A stretch of DNA of 64,000 nt from an uncultured delta proteobacterium (GTDB taxonomy: Bacteria > Desulfobacterota > Zymogenia > Zymogenales > Zymogenaceae), in NCBI GenBank assembly GCA_963735595.1, contig CAVTLK010000005.1, positions 256,001-320,000 on the forward strand, given 5' to 3'. Below the pieces are notes generated by a model that did no database searches, was not told the DNA's origin, and saw only the letters and a list, made by a program, of their open reading frames with translations. This document shows positions 9,525-19,371 of this stretch, one piece after another (position 1 is the stretch's first letter; every line of letters begins with the position of its first letter). The translations under genes were made by a program, and so were the position numbers.

Positions 9525-10283
9525 CTATCCGATACGCTTTTTGATCTTCCCCCACGAGGGCGTGATCAGGAAGCTCTCGTCCATGTCGGCGACCATCCGG
9601 GTGAACTTCTTCATCGGGACGGCAAACGTCAGGACGCCCTCGGGTACGTAGGGCCGGGCGGAAACATCAAACATCCCCAGGACGGCCCGGGGCCGCTTTG
9701 CCGCCGCCTCCAGCATCGGGTAGCCGACGATGGAGCCGCATCCTGCGCTAAAGGGACAGATGACTCCGTTGGCGTCGGATTCTTCAAAGCCGGCAAGCGT
9801 AAAAAGGCCCGCGAGCACGTCGGGCGGGGCAAAGAAGATCACGACATCGGGGCTGTCGGCCTCGGTCAGGCGGTCCCATCGGGTGAATACGATGTACCTT
9901 TTCGGGGCGGTAAACGTCTTGGCGTTTTTAAGCAGCTCCTTGACGATCTCGGGGGATTTCTTATAACGCTCCCCCTCCATTTTCCCCTCGATGCCGCAGG
10001 AAAGGAAATACTCAAACCCCGGCCTCAGCGCCTGGGAAAAACCGAGGTAGCGCCTGCCCCCGGCGCATCCGATGGCGTCGTTATCCAGCGCGAGCGTCTT
10101 GCCCTTGCGAACGCCGATGATATCCGCGATGACGCAGCGGTGGGGGGCCGTGGTCAGCCTGGGTAACAGCGCCCGGTCGGCCGTGTCGGTATACTGGAAG
10201 ACGATGGGGAGCTCGGCGCTCCTGAAGTATTTCTTCCACTTGGCCGTAAACTCGTCCCTGATCGCCCCGATCGTTATGTCCAT
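9525..10283 (-). CDS. DUF169 domain-containing protein
   Basis: HRCVI..CAGGRRYLG, PDVVIFF, FSAGCGS, GMFDVSARP, LTFAVP. Confidence 0.85.
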   Translation of the reverse strand: MDITIGAIRDEFTAKWKKYFRSAELPIVFQYTDTADRALLPRLTTAPHRCVIADIIGVRKGKTLALDNDAIGCAGGRRYLGFSQALRPGFEYFLSCGIEGKMEGERYKKSPEIVKELLKNAKTFTAPKRYIVFTRWDRLTEADSPDVVIFFAPPDVLAGLFTLAGFEESDANGVICPFSAGCGSIVGYPMLEAAAKRPRAVLGMFDVSARPYVPEGVLTFAVPMKKFTRMVADMDESFLITPSWGKIKKRIG

Positions 10284-10356
10284 GGGGTTTCCTCCATTCG
10301 TGGTTTGGTGCAGTATACCCGAAATCGGGTTGAAAGTACCGGGTTTTTTAGGGGGT

Positions 10357-10386
10357 AAAAAACCGCGGCCCCTGAAGGGGCCGCGG
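10357..10386 (-). terminator. rho-independent terminator of the WG-repeat gene
   Basis: CCGCGGCCCC-4-GGGGCCGCGG followed by T6 on the minus strand. Confidence 0.75.
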
Positions 10387-10418
10387 CGATGCCAATATAT
10401 ATGGTTGATTTGTTCCGG

Positions 10419-11453
10419 CTATTTTGCCGTCAGCATCTTTCCGGTCTTGTCGATAAATCCCCATTTCTCGCCGATCTCGACGGCGGCCATCCCGCCCGCG
10501 AACTCGTTGGCGTGGTCAAAGCGAGGCTCGATGATGAATTTACCGGTCTTGTCGATATAGCCCCACTTTTCCCCCTGCTTAACCGCGGCAAGGCCTTCCT
10601 TGAAGGTATCGGCATATTCGAAGGTTGCCGGGATCACGAACGCGCCCGTCTTATTGATATAGCCGTTGCCGTCCTTCATTTCCACCGCCGCCAGGCCACC
10701 CGAGAAGGGCCCGGGGTCCCTGAAGGCGGGCGGGATTACCACGGTCCCTGTTTTATCCGCGTAACCCCACTTACGGCCCATCTCGACCGCGGCCAAACCC
10801 TCGGAGAAGGGCCTGACGTCGTCAAACGCCGGCGCAATGACCATCGTCCCCTTTACGTCGATAAAACCCCAGAGGTCGCCCACCTGCACCGCGCACAGGC
10901 CGTCGGAGAAATTACCCGTATCCTCGTAAGTCGGCGGCACGACGACGGTCCCCTTCTTGTCGATAAAGCCGATCAGGTCCCCGGCCTGCACCGCCGCGAG
11001 GCCGCCGGCAAACGGCTCGGCGTCGTCGTAGGTCGCCGGGATCACGACCTTCCCGTTCACGTCGATAAAGCCGATCTTTTCGACCGACTCAAAACGGGCC
11101 AGGCCCTCGGAAAAGTCCCACGCGTCGTCGAGGTTCGCCAGGATAACGGCCGCGCCCTTTTTGTCGATGAAGCCGTGCTTGTCGCCCGAGATGAAGCGGG
11201 CCCTGCCGTCCTTGAAATCGTAGGCGGGCGCGTAAAAGATCGACTCCCGCATAAACGACGGGGAGATGATAAATTTTCCGGTTTTGTCGATATACCCGAT
11301 CTGCTTGTTGACCTCTACCCGCGCGAGATTCTCCGAGAAGTTCCAGGCGTTGTCGACCAGCAGCTCCCCGGCAACGGCGAGCGTGGCAAAAGCCAGGACG
11401 CCGAGAATGACCAGCGGAACAACGACAAAGGCCGCATATGATCGTCTTTTCAT
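10419..11453 (-). CDS. secreted WG (KWG) repeat-containing protein
   Basis: signal peptide, then 9 repeats of ~34 aa FSEGLAAVxxxxKWGFIDKTG; start ATG 11453 with GGAGG. Confidence 0.92.
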   Translation of the reverse strand: MKRRSYAAFVVVPLVILGVLAFATLAVAGELLVDNAWNFSENLARVEVNKQIGYIDKTGKFIISPSFMRESIFYAPAYDFKDGRARFISGDKHGFIDKKGAAVILANLDDAWDFSEGLARFESVEKIGFIDVNGKVVIPATYDDAEPFAGGLAAVQAGDLIGFIDKKGTVVVPPTYEDTGNFSDGLCAVQVGDLWGFIDVKGTMVIAPAFDDVRPFSEGLAAVEMGRKWGYADKTGTVVIPPAFRDPGPFSGGLAAVEMKDGNGYINKTGAFVIPATFEYADTFKEGLAAVKQGEKWGYIDKTGKFIIEPRFDHANEFAGGMAAVEIGEKWGFIDKTGKMLTAK

Positions 11454-11656
11454 CAAGCCCTCCTTTTTTGTGGGGAAAGTTTTTCTGGTGAGTAAAAATG
11501 GACACAATAACTATCGCACATTTTCGGGAAGACGTCAAGGGACTAAATCATGGGGGATAGAGCGGAAAAAGGGGAGGGCCTCCCCCCGTCCCGGATTTGC
11601 CGAGGTAGGGAGCCCCGTCCCCTTGCGCGATTCTTGCCCGATCGTGGTCCAGGTGG

Positions 11657-12088
11657 CTATTGCACCCTAAAGGTTATCGACGCCAGCTCCCTGCCGCCGT
11701 CGTCGCTTTCATTCATGCGCAGGTCATAGGAGCCGGGTGCCGACGGCGCGATAAGTTCCATGATCCCGGAAGTCGTCCCGTTGAGATACTGATAGGAAAT
11801 ATCGTTCTGGTCGTTTACCTCTTCGGACCCGTGGGGGACCGCAGACGGGATGATCCCGATCCATGCGTTGGTGGGCAGGCCCACCGGCGCCATGTAGACG
11901 AGGTTGATCGTATCGCCCGGCATATAGACGTCCCGGCCCAGGCTCAGGGTTGCGGGGATCATGACGCCGGGGGCGGGGGCGGCGGGCTGGGCCTGGGGTG
12001 CCGGCTCGTCGGTTCCCGAACAGGCAACGAGGCACAGGGCGGCCAACAAAGAAAGCGCGATCGCGGTCAGATACAGAGACTTTTTCAT
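11657..12088 (-). CDS. hypothetical lipoprotein with a beta-sandwich-like domain
   Basis: LVAC lipobox, Pro/Ala linker, AWIGII..YQYL..APSAPGSYDLRM; AGGAG RBS. Confidence 0.75.
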   Translation of the reverse strand: MKKSLYLTAIALSLLAALCLVACSGTDEPAPQAQPAAPAPGVMIPATLSLGRDVYMPGDTINLVYMAPVGLPTNAWIGIIPSAVPHGSEEVNDQNDISYQYLNGTTSGIMELIAPSAPGSYDLRMNESDDGGRELASITFRVQ

Positions 12089-12197
12089 GTGCGGTTTTCT
12101 CCTTGGTACTTGATGTGGTTTTTTAATCGGCTCTAAACGTGACCCGAATGATGACTGGTTAAAGTGGATCAGTTGTATCCGTAAGTGCCACTGAATG

Positions 12198-13163
12198 TCA
12201 ATACACCAGCCCCACCTTCTCCCTCACCACGTCCAGCGTCTTGACCGCCTCGGCGCGGGTCTTTTCGGCACCCTTCTTGAGGATATCCCGGATGTCATTG
12301 GGCCTACTGACCAGCGCCGCGCGTTTTTCGCGGTAGGGGGCGAAGAACTCCCAGACCCGCTTCAACAGATCCTTTTTCACGTCGGAGTATTTCAGGCCGG
12401 GGGCAAGATAATTCGCGCGCAGTTCCTGTTTCTCGTCGGCCGTCATGAAGAGCGAGATCAGGGCAAAGAGGTTATCCGTGTCCGGGTCCTTGATCTCCTG
12501 CACGCCCCGGGAATCGGTAACCACGCTCATGACCTTTTTCTTCAGCTCGGCCTCGTCCTCGAATATATCGATGGTGTTGCCGTAGGACTTGCTCATCTTC
12601 TGGCCGTCGATGCCGGGGATGACCGCAAGGTCATCGTCGATCTCCGCTTCGGGCACGACGAAGGTGTCGCCATAGAGGTAGTTGAACCTGATCGCGATGT
12701 CGCGGGTCATCTCGAGGTGCTGTTTCTGATCCTTGCCGACCGGCACGCGGTCGGCCTGGTAGAGCAGGATATCGGCGGCCATCAGCACCGGGTAGGCAAA
12801 GAGCCCGTGGTTGGGGGCGATGCCCTTGGCAATCTTGTCTTTATAGCTGTGGGCGCGCTCCAACAACCCCATCGGGGTGACGTTGCTAAGTATCCAGGTA
12901 AGCTCGGTGACCTCCGGCACGTCGCCCTGCACCCAGAAGAAGCTCTTCTCGGGGTCAAGCCCCAGCGCCAGGAAGTCGGCGGCGGCGCCGAGCGTATCGG
13001 CGGCAAGGCGCGGCCCCTCGGCCACCGTCGTCAGGGCGTGGTAGTTGACGATGAAGCAAAAGAGGGTGTGCTCCTCCTGGTAGCGGATCATACTTCGCAT
13101 CATGCCGAAGTAGTTGCCGATGTGGAGCGTCCCCGAGGGCTGGATACCGGAGAGAATTCTCAT
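12198..13163 (-). CDS. trpS: tryptophan--tRNA ligase
   Basis: SGIQPSGTLHIGNY, YPVLMAADILLY, VPVGKDQKQHLE, KMSKS. Confidence 0.97.
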   Translation of the reverse strand: MRILSGIQPSGTLHIGNYFGMMRSMIRYQEEHTLFCFIVNYHALTTVAEGPRLAADTLGAAADFLALGLDPEKSFFWVQGDVPEVTELTWILSNVTPMGLLERAHSYKDKIAKGIAPNHGLFAYPVLMAADILLYQADRVPVGKDQKQHLEMTRDIAIRFNYLYGDTFVVPEAEIDDDLAVIPGIDGQKMSKSYGNTIDIFEDEAELKKKVMSVVTDSRGVQEIKDPDTDNLFALISLFMTADEKQELRANYLAPGLKYSDVKKDLLKRVWEFFAPYREKRAALVSRPNDIRDILKKGAEKTRAEAVKTLDVVREKVGLVY

Positions 13164-13230
13164 TTTTATTATCCCTTTCCGCAATGTGTAAGGCGGGAAA
13201 TACGGTAACCCCATAATCCCGGAGTATTTT

Positions 13231-13418
13231 CTTCGTGCCTTTGTGTCTTAGTGGTGATGTTCCGTCTTTTCTAAGGCCGATAATACCATTAAGACACAAA
13301 GAAGCAACAGAAGCATAAAGGAGTCGGAGCGCTCATGTCTTTATCAACTTTCGGGTCTTTCTCACCCGTTTTCGACGGTAAAGAAAGGCTCCCACCACAA
13401 AGGCACCAAGACACAAAG
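13231..13418. repeat. three copies of the CACCACAAAGRCACRAAG palindromic repeat family
   Basis: 13231-13256 (reverse), 13285-13301 (partial), 13393-13418; same family at 24406-24496. Confidence 0.75.
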
Positions 13419-13471
13419 TAGAATAAATTACGTATGGTGTCGCGATAATTCGAAATTCCTGCAGTTGATCC

Positions 13472-13870
13472 TTAGTCTGTCTTGATCACCGTCACGTATA
13501 CGCGCCGGTCTCTCGGCCCGTCGAACTCGCAGAAAAAGAGCGACTGCCAGGTGCCGAGCACGAGCCTGCCGCTTTCCAGAATCACGGTCTCGGATGCGCC
13601 CACGAGGCTCGATTTCAGGTGGGCGTCGGAATTGCCCTCAACGTGCCGCCAGGCGCCGCGCTCCGGGATGATCTCGGAGAGCTTTGCCAGGATATCGGCC
13701 GGCACGTCGGGGTCGGCGTTTTCGTTGATGGTGACGGCGGCCGTCGTGTGGGGGACGAAAACGACCACGATGCCGTCCCCGGTCCCCGACTCCCGGACGG
13801 CCGCTGCGACCTCGGACGTGATGTCGATCATCTCGACCCGCCGTTTTGTCTGGACCGAGAACTCGTGCAC
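13472..13870 (-). CDS. yjbQ: YjbQ/UPF0047 family protein
   Basis: PHTTAAVTINENADP, GNSDAHLKS, LGTWQ, EFDGPR; GTG start 13870 with GGAGG. Confidence 0.92.
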   Translation of the reverse strand: MHEFSVQTKRRVEMIDITSEVAAAVRESGTGDGIVVVFVPHTTAAVTINENADPDVPADILAKLSEIIPERGAWRHVEGNSDAHLKSSLVGASETVILESGRLVLGTWQSLFFCEFDGPRDRRVYVTVIKTD

Positions 13871-13993
13871 GATACCGCCTCCCGCGTGTTCCTGACGTTG
13901 ACGGAAAATATCACTGTTGCCTGTATTTTTCAAGCCATTTCTGCTATAATCTCGCGCCGGTACCTTGGCTCAATTGACAAATCGGACGATTTT

Positions 13994-14609
13994 ATGATAC
14001 TGAACAGCAGTGCGGGCCTCTATCGAACAATCAAACGAATCATCCTGGCCTCCCATTCGCCGCGCAGGCGCGAGCTTCTGGCGGCACTCGGGATTATCTT
14101 CGAGGTGATCGGGACGGACCTCGACGAGTCGATGACGGCAGGCGAAACGGTGGAGGAGCACGTCCTGAGGCTCGCAGGGCAGAAGGCCTGGGCGGTCTCC
14201 TCCCGGAACCCCGATGCCCTGGTGCTCGGGGCCGATACGGTCGTGGTGTGGACGGGGCGGTGCTCGGCAAACCGGCCGACGAGAAGGACGCCGCCCGGAT
14301 GCTCGGGATGTTGTCCGGCAGGACGCACGAGGTGCTGACGGGCATCGCGATCATCCCGTCTCAATGCCAGGACGCGTACGCGCAGGTCGTCCGGACCGCC
14401 GTCGTCATGAGGGGGCTTGACCCGAGGGAGATCGCGGCCTACGTCGCCACGAAGCGAACCGATGGACAAGGCCGGGGCCTACGCGGTGCAGGGGCATGGC
14501 GTCGGCCTTCATCACGAGGATCGAGGGGTCCTACACCAACGTGGTGGGCCTGCCGACGGCCGAGGTTATCGGGCTCATGCTCACGCTCGGGGCCGTGGAG
14601 CCGATATAG
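13994..14609 (+). CDS. maf: Maf family nucleotide pyrophosphatase; about 3 indels
   Basis: ILASHSPRRRELL, LGADTVV, LGKP, LSGRTHEVLTG, EPMDKAGAYAVQG, GSYTNVVGLP spread across frames. Confidence 0.9.
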
Positions 14610-14641
14610 CGATATAGGACGGGGCCGGGAGGGAAAACGCC

Positions 14642-15343
14642 GTGTCGGGAATAGACGAGATCAGGGACAACCTTCAAGCGGTGCGGGACGGGATCGGGCG
14701 GGCCGCCGTGCGGGCGGGCCGCGACCCGAACGAGGTGAGGCTGATCGTCGTCACCAAGACGTTTGAGGCTGCCACGGTCAGAGACGCGATCGGGGCCGGT
14801 GCCGCCGACATCGGCGAAAACTACGTCCAGGAGGCGCGGGCAAAGATCGAGGCCGTCGGCCGTGAGGCCGCCCGGTGGCACTTCATCGGCGGCCTGCAGA
14901 AGAACAAGGCGAAATACGTCGTCCGGCTCTTCGACCTGGTCCACTCGGTGGACGGATTGGAGCTGGCCGCCGAGATCGACCGGCGGGCGGCGGTGGACGG
15001 GCGCGTGATGGACATCCTCATCCAGGTGGACATATCCCGGGAGGACCAGAAGTCGGGCGTGATGGAGGAAGAACTGGCCGACGTTGTCCGCGCGATCGCG
15101 CCGCTACCCCACGTCGCCGTAACGGGCCTCATGGGGATGCCGCCCTTCGGGCGGGAGCCGGAGGCCTCGCGGCCCTATTTCCGCCGGATGAAACAGCTCT
15201 TCGACGAGCTTGCGTCTCTCGGGATACCGCGCGTGGATATGCGGGAGCTCTCGATGGGCATGTCCAACGACTTTGAGGTAGCCGTCGAGGAGGGCGCGAC
15301 GATGGTGCGGGTGGGGACGGCGATTTTTGGACAGAGGGGATGA
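14642..15343 (+). CDS. yggS: PLP homeostasis protein YggS/PLPBP
   Basis: VVTKT, GENYVQE, WHFIGGLQKNK, LSMGMSNDF, ATMVRVGTAIFG. Confidence 0.96.
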   Translation: MSGIDEIRDNLQAVRDGIGRAAVRAGRDPNEVRLIVVTKTFEAATVRDAIGAGAADIGENYVQEARAKIEAVGREAARWHFIGGLQKNKAKYVVRLFDLVHSVDGLELAAEIDRRAAVDGRVMDILIQVDISREDQKSGVMEEELADVVRAIAPLPHVAVTGLMGMPPFGREPEASRPYFRRMKQLFDELASLGIPRVDMRELSMGMSNDFEVAVEEGATMVRVGTAIFGQRG

Positions 15344-15434
15344 GTGGTATAATTATAGGGATAATCGGGGGGGCAATCCCTTCCGCTATCGGCGCATCGC
15401 GGATGCGTCATATAACCTAAAACAGGGGGAACCG

Positions 15435-15719
15435 ATGCCAAGAAAGGGTTCGTCCCGTAAAGGCGGGACAAAAAAGAACCTGATAGTGCCGGTGGTGGTG
15501 GCCGTGGTGGTCATCGTAATCGCCGCCATTTTGATGAATTTCCATTTCATACGGACGAAAAACGACTTCAAGGTGCTCAAGAAGTCCAGCTGGGGGCCCA
15601 AGGATACGTTCGTCGATACGCGCTCGTGGGGTCCGCTGGACTGGATAGATCACGGCGATTTGCTCAAGGCGATGGTCAATGACACCATCGATGAACTGCA
15701 GAAGGACATCACCGAATAG
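15435..15719 (+). CDS. small membrane-anchored hypothetical protein
   Basis: basic N-terminus, one TM helix, soluble FHFIRT..TFVDTRSW domain; GGGGGA RBS. Confidence 0.7.
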   Translation: MPRKGSSRKGGTKKNLIVPVVVAVVVIVIAAILMNFHFIRTKNDFKVLKKSSWGPKDTFVDTRSWGPLDWIDHGDLLKAMVNDTIDELQKDITE

Positions 15720-15748
15720 GCCGACCGGTCCGGCCGATGGGAATCGTA

Positions 15749-15780
15749 TTTTTCGGGCGCGTAATAACGCGCCCGAAAAA
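15749..15780. terminator. bidirectional terminator
   Basis: TTTTTCGGGCGCGT-AATA-ACGCGCCCGAAAAA between convergent genes. Confidence 0.6.
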
Positions 15781-15796
15781 GAGATTTCCGGGGCCC

Positions 15797-16342
15797 TTAC
15801 TTCCGGTCGATCTCGGCCAGGAGCTTTGCGGTCTTCGGCACGTCGGCGACGTTTTTTCCGTAGTGCGCGTACTTCACCTTCCCAGACTTGTCGATGATAA
15901 AGGTCGCCGGAAGCTGTTTCTCGTTCCCCTCGTACGTGCCGTGTTTGAAGCCCTTCAGGGTGGCCCTGATCGCCCGAACGATCGTAGTCGGGGTGACATA
16001 GCCGAATATCGAGCCGGGCCTGACCCCGTAGAGGGTAAAGAGCCTCTCGTGCGGGTCGCAGACGATCACGAAGGGCATATCCTTTTGGGAGATCATCGGG
16101 GTGATGTTCTCGGGCGTGCTCTGCAGGACAACCAGGAGCGATACCCCGCGCTTCTTGAAGTGGGGAAACTCCTTTTTAAGCTCGGCGATCTTCATCTGGC
16201 AGATGGGGCACCCCCTGTAGCGCAGGAACATCAGGACGGTCGTCCCCTTTTTCGTGAAACCGGAAAGCTTTTCACCCTTCTTCCAGGGGGTGTCGAAGGT
16301 AAAGTCGGGCGCGGCCGCGCCCGCCGTCAAACGCTGAGACAT
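15797..16342 (-). CDS. AhpC/TSA peroxiredoxin-like redoxin
   Basis: APDFT, FLRYRGCPIC, CDPHERLFTLYG, QLPATFIIDKSG. Confidence 0.88.
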   Translation of the reverse strand: MSQRLTAGAAAPDFTFDTPWKKGEKLSGFTKKGTTVLMFLRYRGCPICQMKIAELKKEFPHFKKRGVSLLVVLQSTPENITPMISQKDMPFVIVCDPHERLFTLYGVRPGSIFGYVTPTTIVRAIRATLKGFKHGTYEGNEKQLPATFIIDKSGKVKYAHYGKNVADVPKTAKLLAEIDRK

Positions 16343-16385
16343 ATCTAATCCTCCCTTCTTTTGTTCGATTACCGGCCGATCGCCG

Positions 16386-16958
16386 CTATCCCTCGATAAC
16401 CTTGAGAATATGCGGCGGTTTGCGCTCCGGGGCCGGCGGGATTGCCGCGGGCCACCCGACTATGATCGGGGCGACGATCATCTGGTCTTCGGGCAGTCCG
16501 ATCTCCTCTTTCAATTTCGGGTCCCTGATATGGGAGCCGAGGTTGACCCAGCAGCTGCCCAGGTTTCGGTCCGTTGCCGCCAGCATGAAGTAGGCGGCAA
16601 ACAGGGCGCAGTCCACCCGCGTCGAGTAGAGGGCCGGCGGCCCCGTGACGATCACCAGGCAGGGCGCGTTAAAAAAGACATTGAAGTCCTCGTTGGTGAG
16701 CGCCGCCTCGTAGCGCAGCGATGGGTGTTCGGGGTTTGCCCTGATGTCGGCGACGAGGTTTTTCTTGCTCTCGTCCGAGAGGCGTTTGATCAGCGACCGG
16801 TCGTTGATGATGATGAACTTCCAGGGCTGGCCGTTGCCGGAGCTCGGCGCCATCGTCGCCGTGCCGATCAACTCCCGCACGAGATCGGTCGGCACCGGTT
16901 TGTCCTGATAATTCCTGATCGATCGTCGATCCAGTAAGAGCCGGGAAAAATCGGTCAT
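16386..16958 (-). CDS. nitroreductase family protein
   Basis: RRSIRNY, APSSGNGQPWKF, LGSCWV. Confidence 0.93.
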   Translation of the reverse strand: MTDFSRLLLDRRSIRNYQDKPVPTDLVRELIGTATMAPSSGNGQPWKFIIINDRSLIKRLSDESKKNLVADIRANPEHPSLRYEAALTNEDFNVFFNAPCLVIVTGPPALYSTRVDCALFAAYFMLAATDRNLGSCWVNLGSHIRDPKLKEEIGLPEDQMIVAPIIVGWPAAIPPAPERKPPHILKVIEG

Positions 16959-17227
16959 CGAATGGTCCTCCCGCTGCCGACGACGGCACGAAGGTACTAA
17001 ACCCGCGCATAAGGCATGGGGGCCGTTGTTGGCCCGGCGGCGTACGCGCGCTATCGGAATCGTAACACGGATTGTATACTACCACAGGGCGTGCCGGACG
17101 ACAATAGCCGATTTTTTACCATCTTCCCCCCGGGGACGGGGGCGGCCGTCCGGTATCTTTTATCTTGAACTAATGATAAAGATGCGGTAAATTTCGTGTA
17201 AACATGGCAGTCATACGGAGGGTTTTT

Positions 17228-19264
17228 ATGAAAGCCAAGTACCTCGTTTTGCCGTTGCTGGCGCTCCTTTCGCTTACCCTGGTCGCCGGCGGGCAACAAG
17301 ACAAGACGCTGACCATCATCCACACCAACGATATGCACTCCCAGTTACTGGGGCTCTATCCCAACAAAGACTATACGCCCATGACCACCGGTGACGACAA
17401 GACGGTCGGCGGCTGGGCGAGGATAGCTACGGAAATCAAGAAGCAGCGGGATGCCCGGTCAAACCCCGTCCTGGTGCTGGACGCCGGGGATTTCCTGATG
17501 GGCTCCCTCTTTCACATGATCTGCCGCGAGGAGGCCGCGGAGCTGTGCCTCATGAAGGACATGGGTTATGACATCGTTGCGCTGGGCAACCATGAGTTTG
17601 ACCTCAAGCCCGCGGGCCTTGCCCGCATCCTGGAATCCGCGGAGCGAAAGGGAAAGCTCCCGACGGTCGTGGCCTCAAACCTCGTCTTTTCCGATGAATC
17701 GGCCGATGACGACGCTCTGAAGGCCGATTTCGACCGGGGGCTGGTGAAACCCTACGTCGTGAGGGACGTGGATGGGATAAAGATCGGGTTCTTCGGGCTG
17801 ATGGGCTATGATTCCTCCGAGGTGGCGCCCTTCGCCGACCCGGTGAGCTTCGCAGATTACAAGGAAACGGCCCGGGAGATGGTAAAGGTGCTGCGCGAGA
17901 CCGAGAAGGTCGACCTCGTCATCTGCCTGTCTCACGCGGGACTGAGGGACAACAAGGATAAGTCCGAGGACGAGATCATGGCCAGGGAGGTCCCCGGCAT
18001 CGACATTATCATTTCCGGGCACACGCACACGAAGCTCCCCGAGCCGATCGTTATCGACAAGACCATCATCGTCCAGGCATGGGAAAATGGCAAGGTCATC
18101 GGCGTGCTGGACGTCTCGGTGGGGGCCGGCGGTGCCACGGTGGCCAAGTACGAGTATATCCCCATTGACGACGCGATACCGGGCGACCCGGCGATCAACA
18201 GCGCCATCGAAGGCTACGAGGCCATCGTCGACAGGGACGTGCTGGCGCCCCACGGCCTCTCGTTTTTCAAGACCATAGCCGAGACCGATTTCGACATGCG
18301 CCTGAAGGAAGAGGAAGTAGGGCTGGGCAACATGGAGGCCGACTCGCTCCGCTGGGCGGTGGACAATGCCGAGTATGACCCGGCCGATCCGATAACAAAG
18401 ACCCGCGTATCCATCCAGTCCAACGGGATGATCAGGAACGACATCCTCGTCGGCGAGACCGGGCAGGTCATCCTGGCCGACCTTGTCAATATCGTCCCCC
18501 TCGGTATCGGCGTCGATGGCACGATGGCCTATCCGCTCATCACGTTTTACCTCTACGGGTCGGAGATCAAGAAGGCGATGGAGGTGCCCACGTCCATCTA
18601 TCCCCTCAAGGGGAGCGACTACTACCTCCAGGTTTCGGGCCTCAAGGTCACCTACAATCCCCACCGGATGATCTTTGACCGCGTGACCGAGATCCTCATC
18701 GAGGACGCGGACGGAAACTACGTCCCGCTGGATTGGTCCGAGGACAATAAGACGCTCTACAAGATCACGAGCAACTACTATAACTCCATGTTCATCAAAG
18801 TCGTCGGGAGCTTCACGAACAATATCCTGACGATGGTGCCCAAGGATAAGGACGGCAATACGATCGAGGACATGACCGCGTTCAGGGTCGACGCGGACCC
18901 GAACACGGCGGGCGTTCAGGAGATGAAGGAATGGACGACGCTGGCCGATTACGCGGCCTCCTTCGAGGATACCGACGGCGACGGCGTCCCCAACATCCCG
19001 GAGCGGTACCGCGAGCCGGAGGGCAGGTTCGTCAAGGCCCCGAGCTGGAACCCCGTCAAGCTCCTGGCGCACGGCAGTTACCTGACCTGGATCGGGCTTG
19101 GCGCGCTGATACTCGTCCTCTTGATCGTGGCGCTGATTATCTACATCCTGGTCAGGGTCTTCAGGAAGAAGGGTAAGAAGGGAAAGAAGGGCGTGACGAA
19201 GGCGAAGGCCCCGGTGAAGGCCAAGGCCCCCGCGAAGGGCAAGACCAAAAAAACGCGTAAATAG
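17228..19264 (+). CDS. 5'-nucleotidase/metallophosphoesterase with C-terminal membrane anchor
   Basis: signal peptide; HTNDMHS, DAGD, GNHEFD, LSHAG, SGHTH; C-terminal TM and Lys-rich tail. Confidence 0.92.
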   Translation: MKAKYLVLPLLALLSLTLVAGGQQDKTLTIIHTNDMHSQLLGLYPNKDYTPMTTGDDKTVGGWARIATEIKKQRDARSNPVLVLDAGDFLMGSLFHMICREEAAELCLMKDMGYDIVALGNHEFDLKPAGLARILESAERKGKLPTVVASNLVFSDESADDDALKADFDRGLVKPYVVRDVDGIKIGFFGLMGYDSSEVAPFADPVSFADYKETAREMVKVLRETEKVDLVICLSHAGLRDNKDKSEDEIMAREVPGIDIIISGHTHTKLPEPIVIDKTIIVQAWENGKVIGVLDVSVGAGGATVAKYEYIPIDDAIPGDPAINSAIEGYEAIVDRDVLAPHGLSFFKTIAETDFDMRLKEEEVGLGNMEADSLRWAVDNAEYDPADPITKTRVSIQSNGMIRNDILVGETGQVILADLVNIVPLGIGVDGTMAYPLITFYLYGSEIKKAMEVPTSIYPLKGSDYYLQVSGLKVTYNPHRMIFDRVTEILIEDADGNYVPLDWSEDNKTLYKITSNYYNSMFIKVVGSFTNNILTMVPKDKDGNTIEDMTAFRVDADPNTAGVQEMKEWTTLADYAASFEDTDGDGVPNIPERYREPEGRFVKAPSWNPVKLLAHGSYLTWIGLGALILVLLIVALIIYILVRVFRKKGKKGKKGVTKAKAPVKAKAPAKGKTKKTRK

Positions 19265-19290
19265 ACGATACGCTTCGGCCGATATTCATA

Positions 19291-19326
19291 ACGGGCGGAC
19301 TCCGTAGGGGGTTCGCCCGTTTTTTT
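19291..19326 (+). terminator. rho-independent terminator
   Basis: ACGGGCGGAC..GTTCGCCCGT plus T tract. Confidence 0.7.
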
Positions 19327-19371
19327 CGTGCTCCATCTCGCGATCACCATCGGGGGTAATCGCCCGGTATC

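Noticed and set aside
13333..13347. Possible echo of the yjbQ 3' end (LIKT* versus VIKTD*) between repeat arms
   Set aside because: Only 10/12 nt match, which is not distinguishable from chance.
13164..13471. T-box or other riboswitch upstream of trpS (and of proS)
   Set aside because: No T-box consensus was found; the trpS region is explained by repeats and the proS leader is too short.
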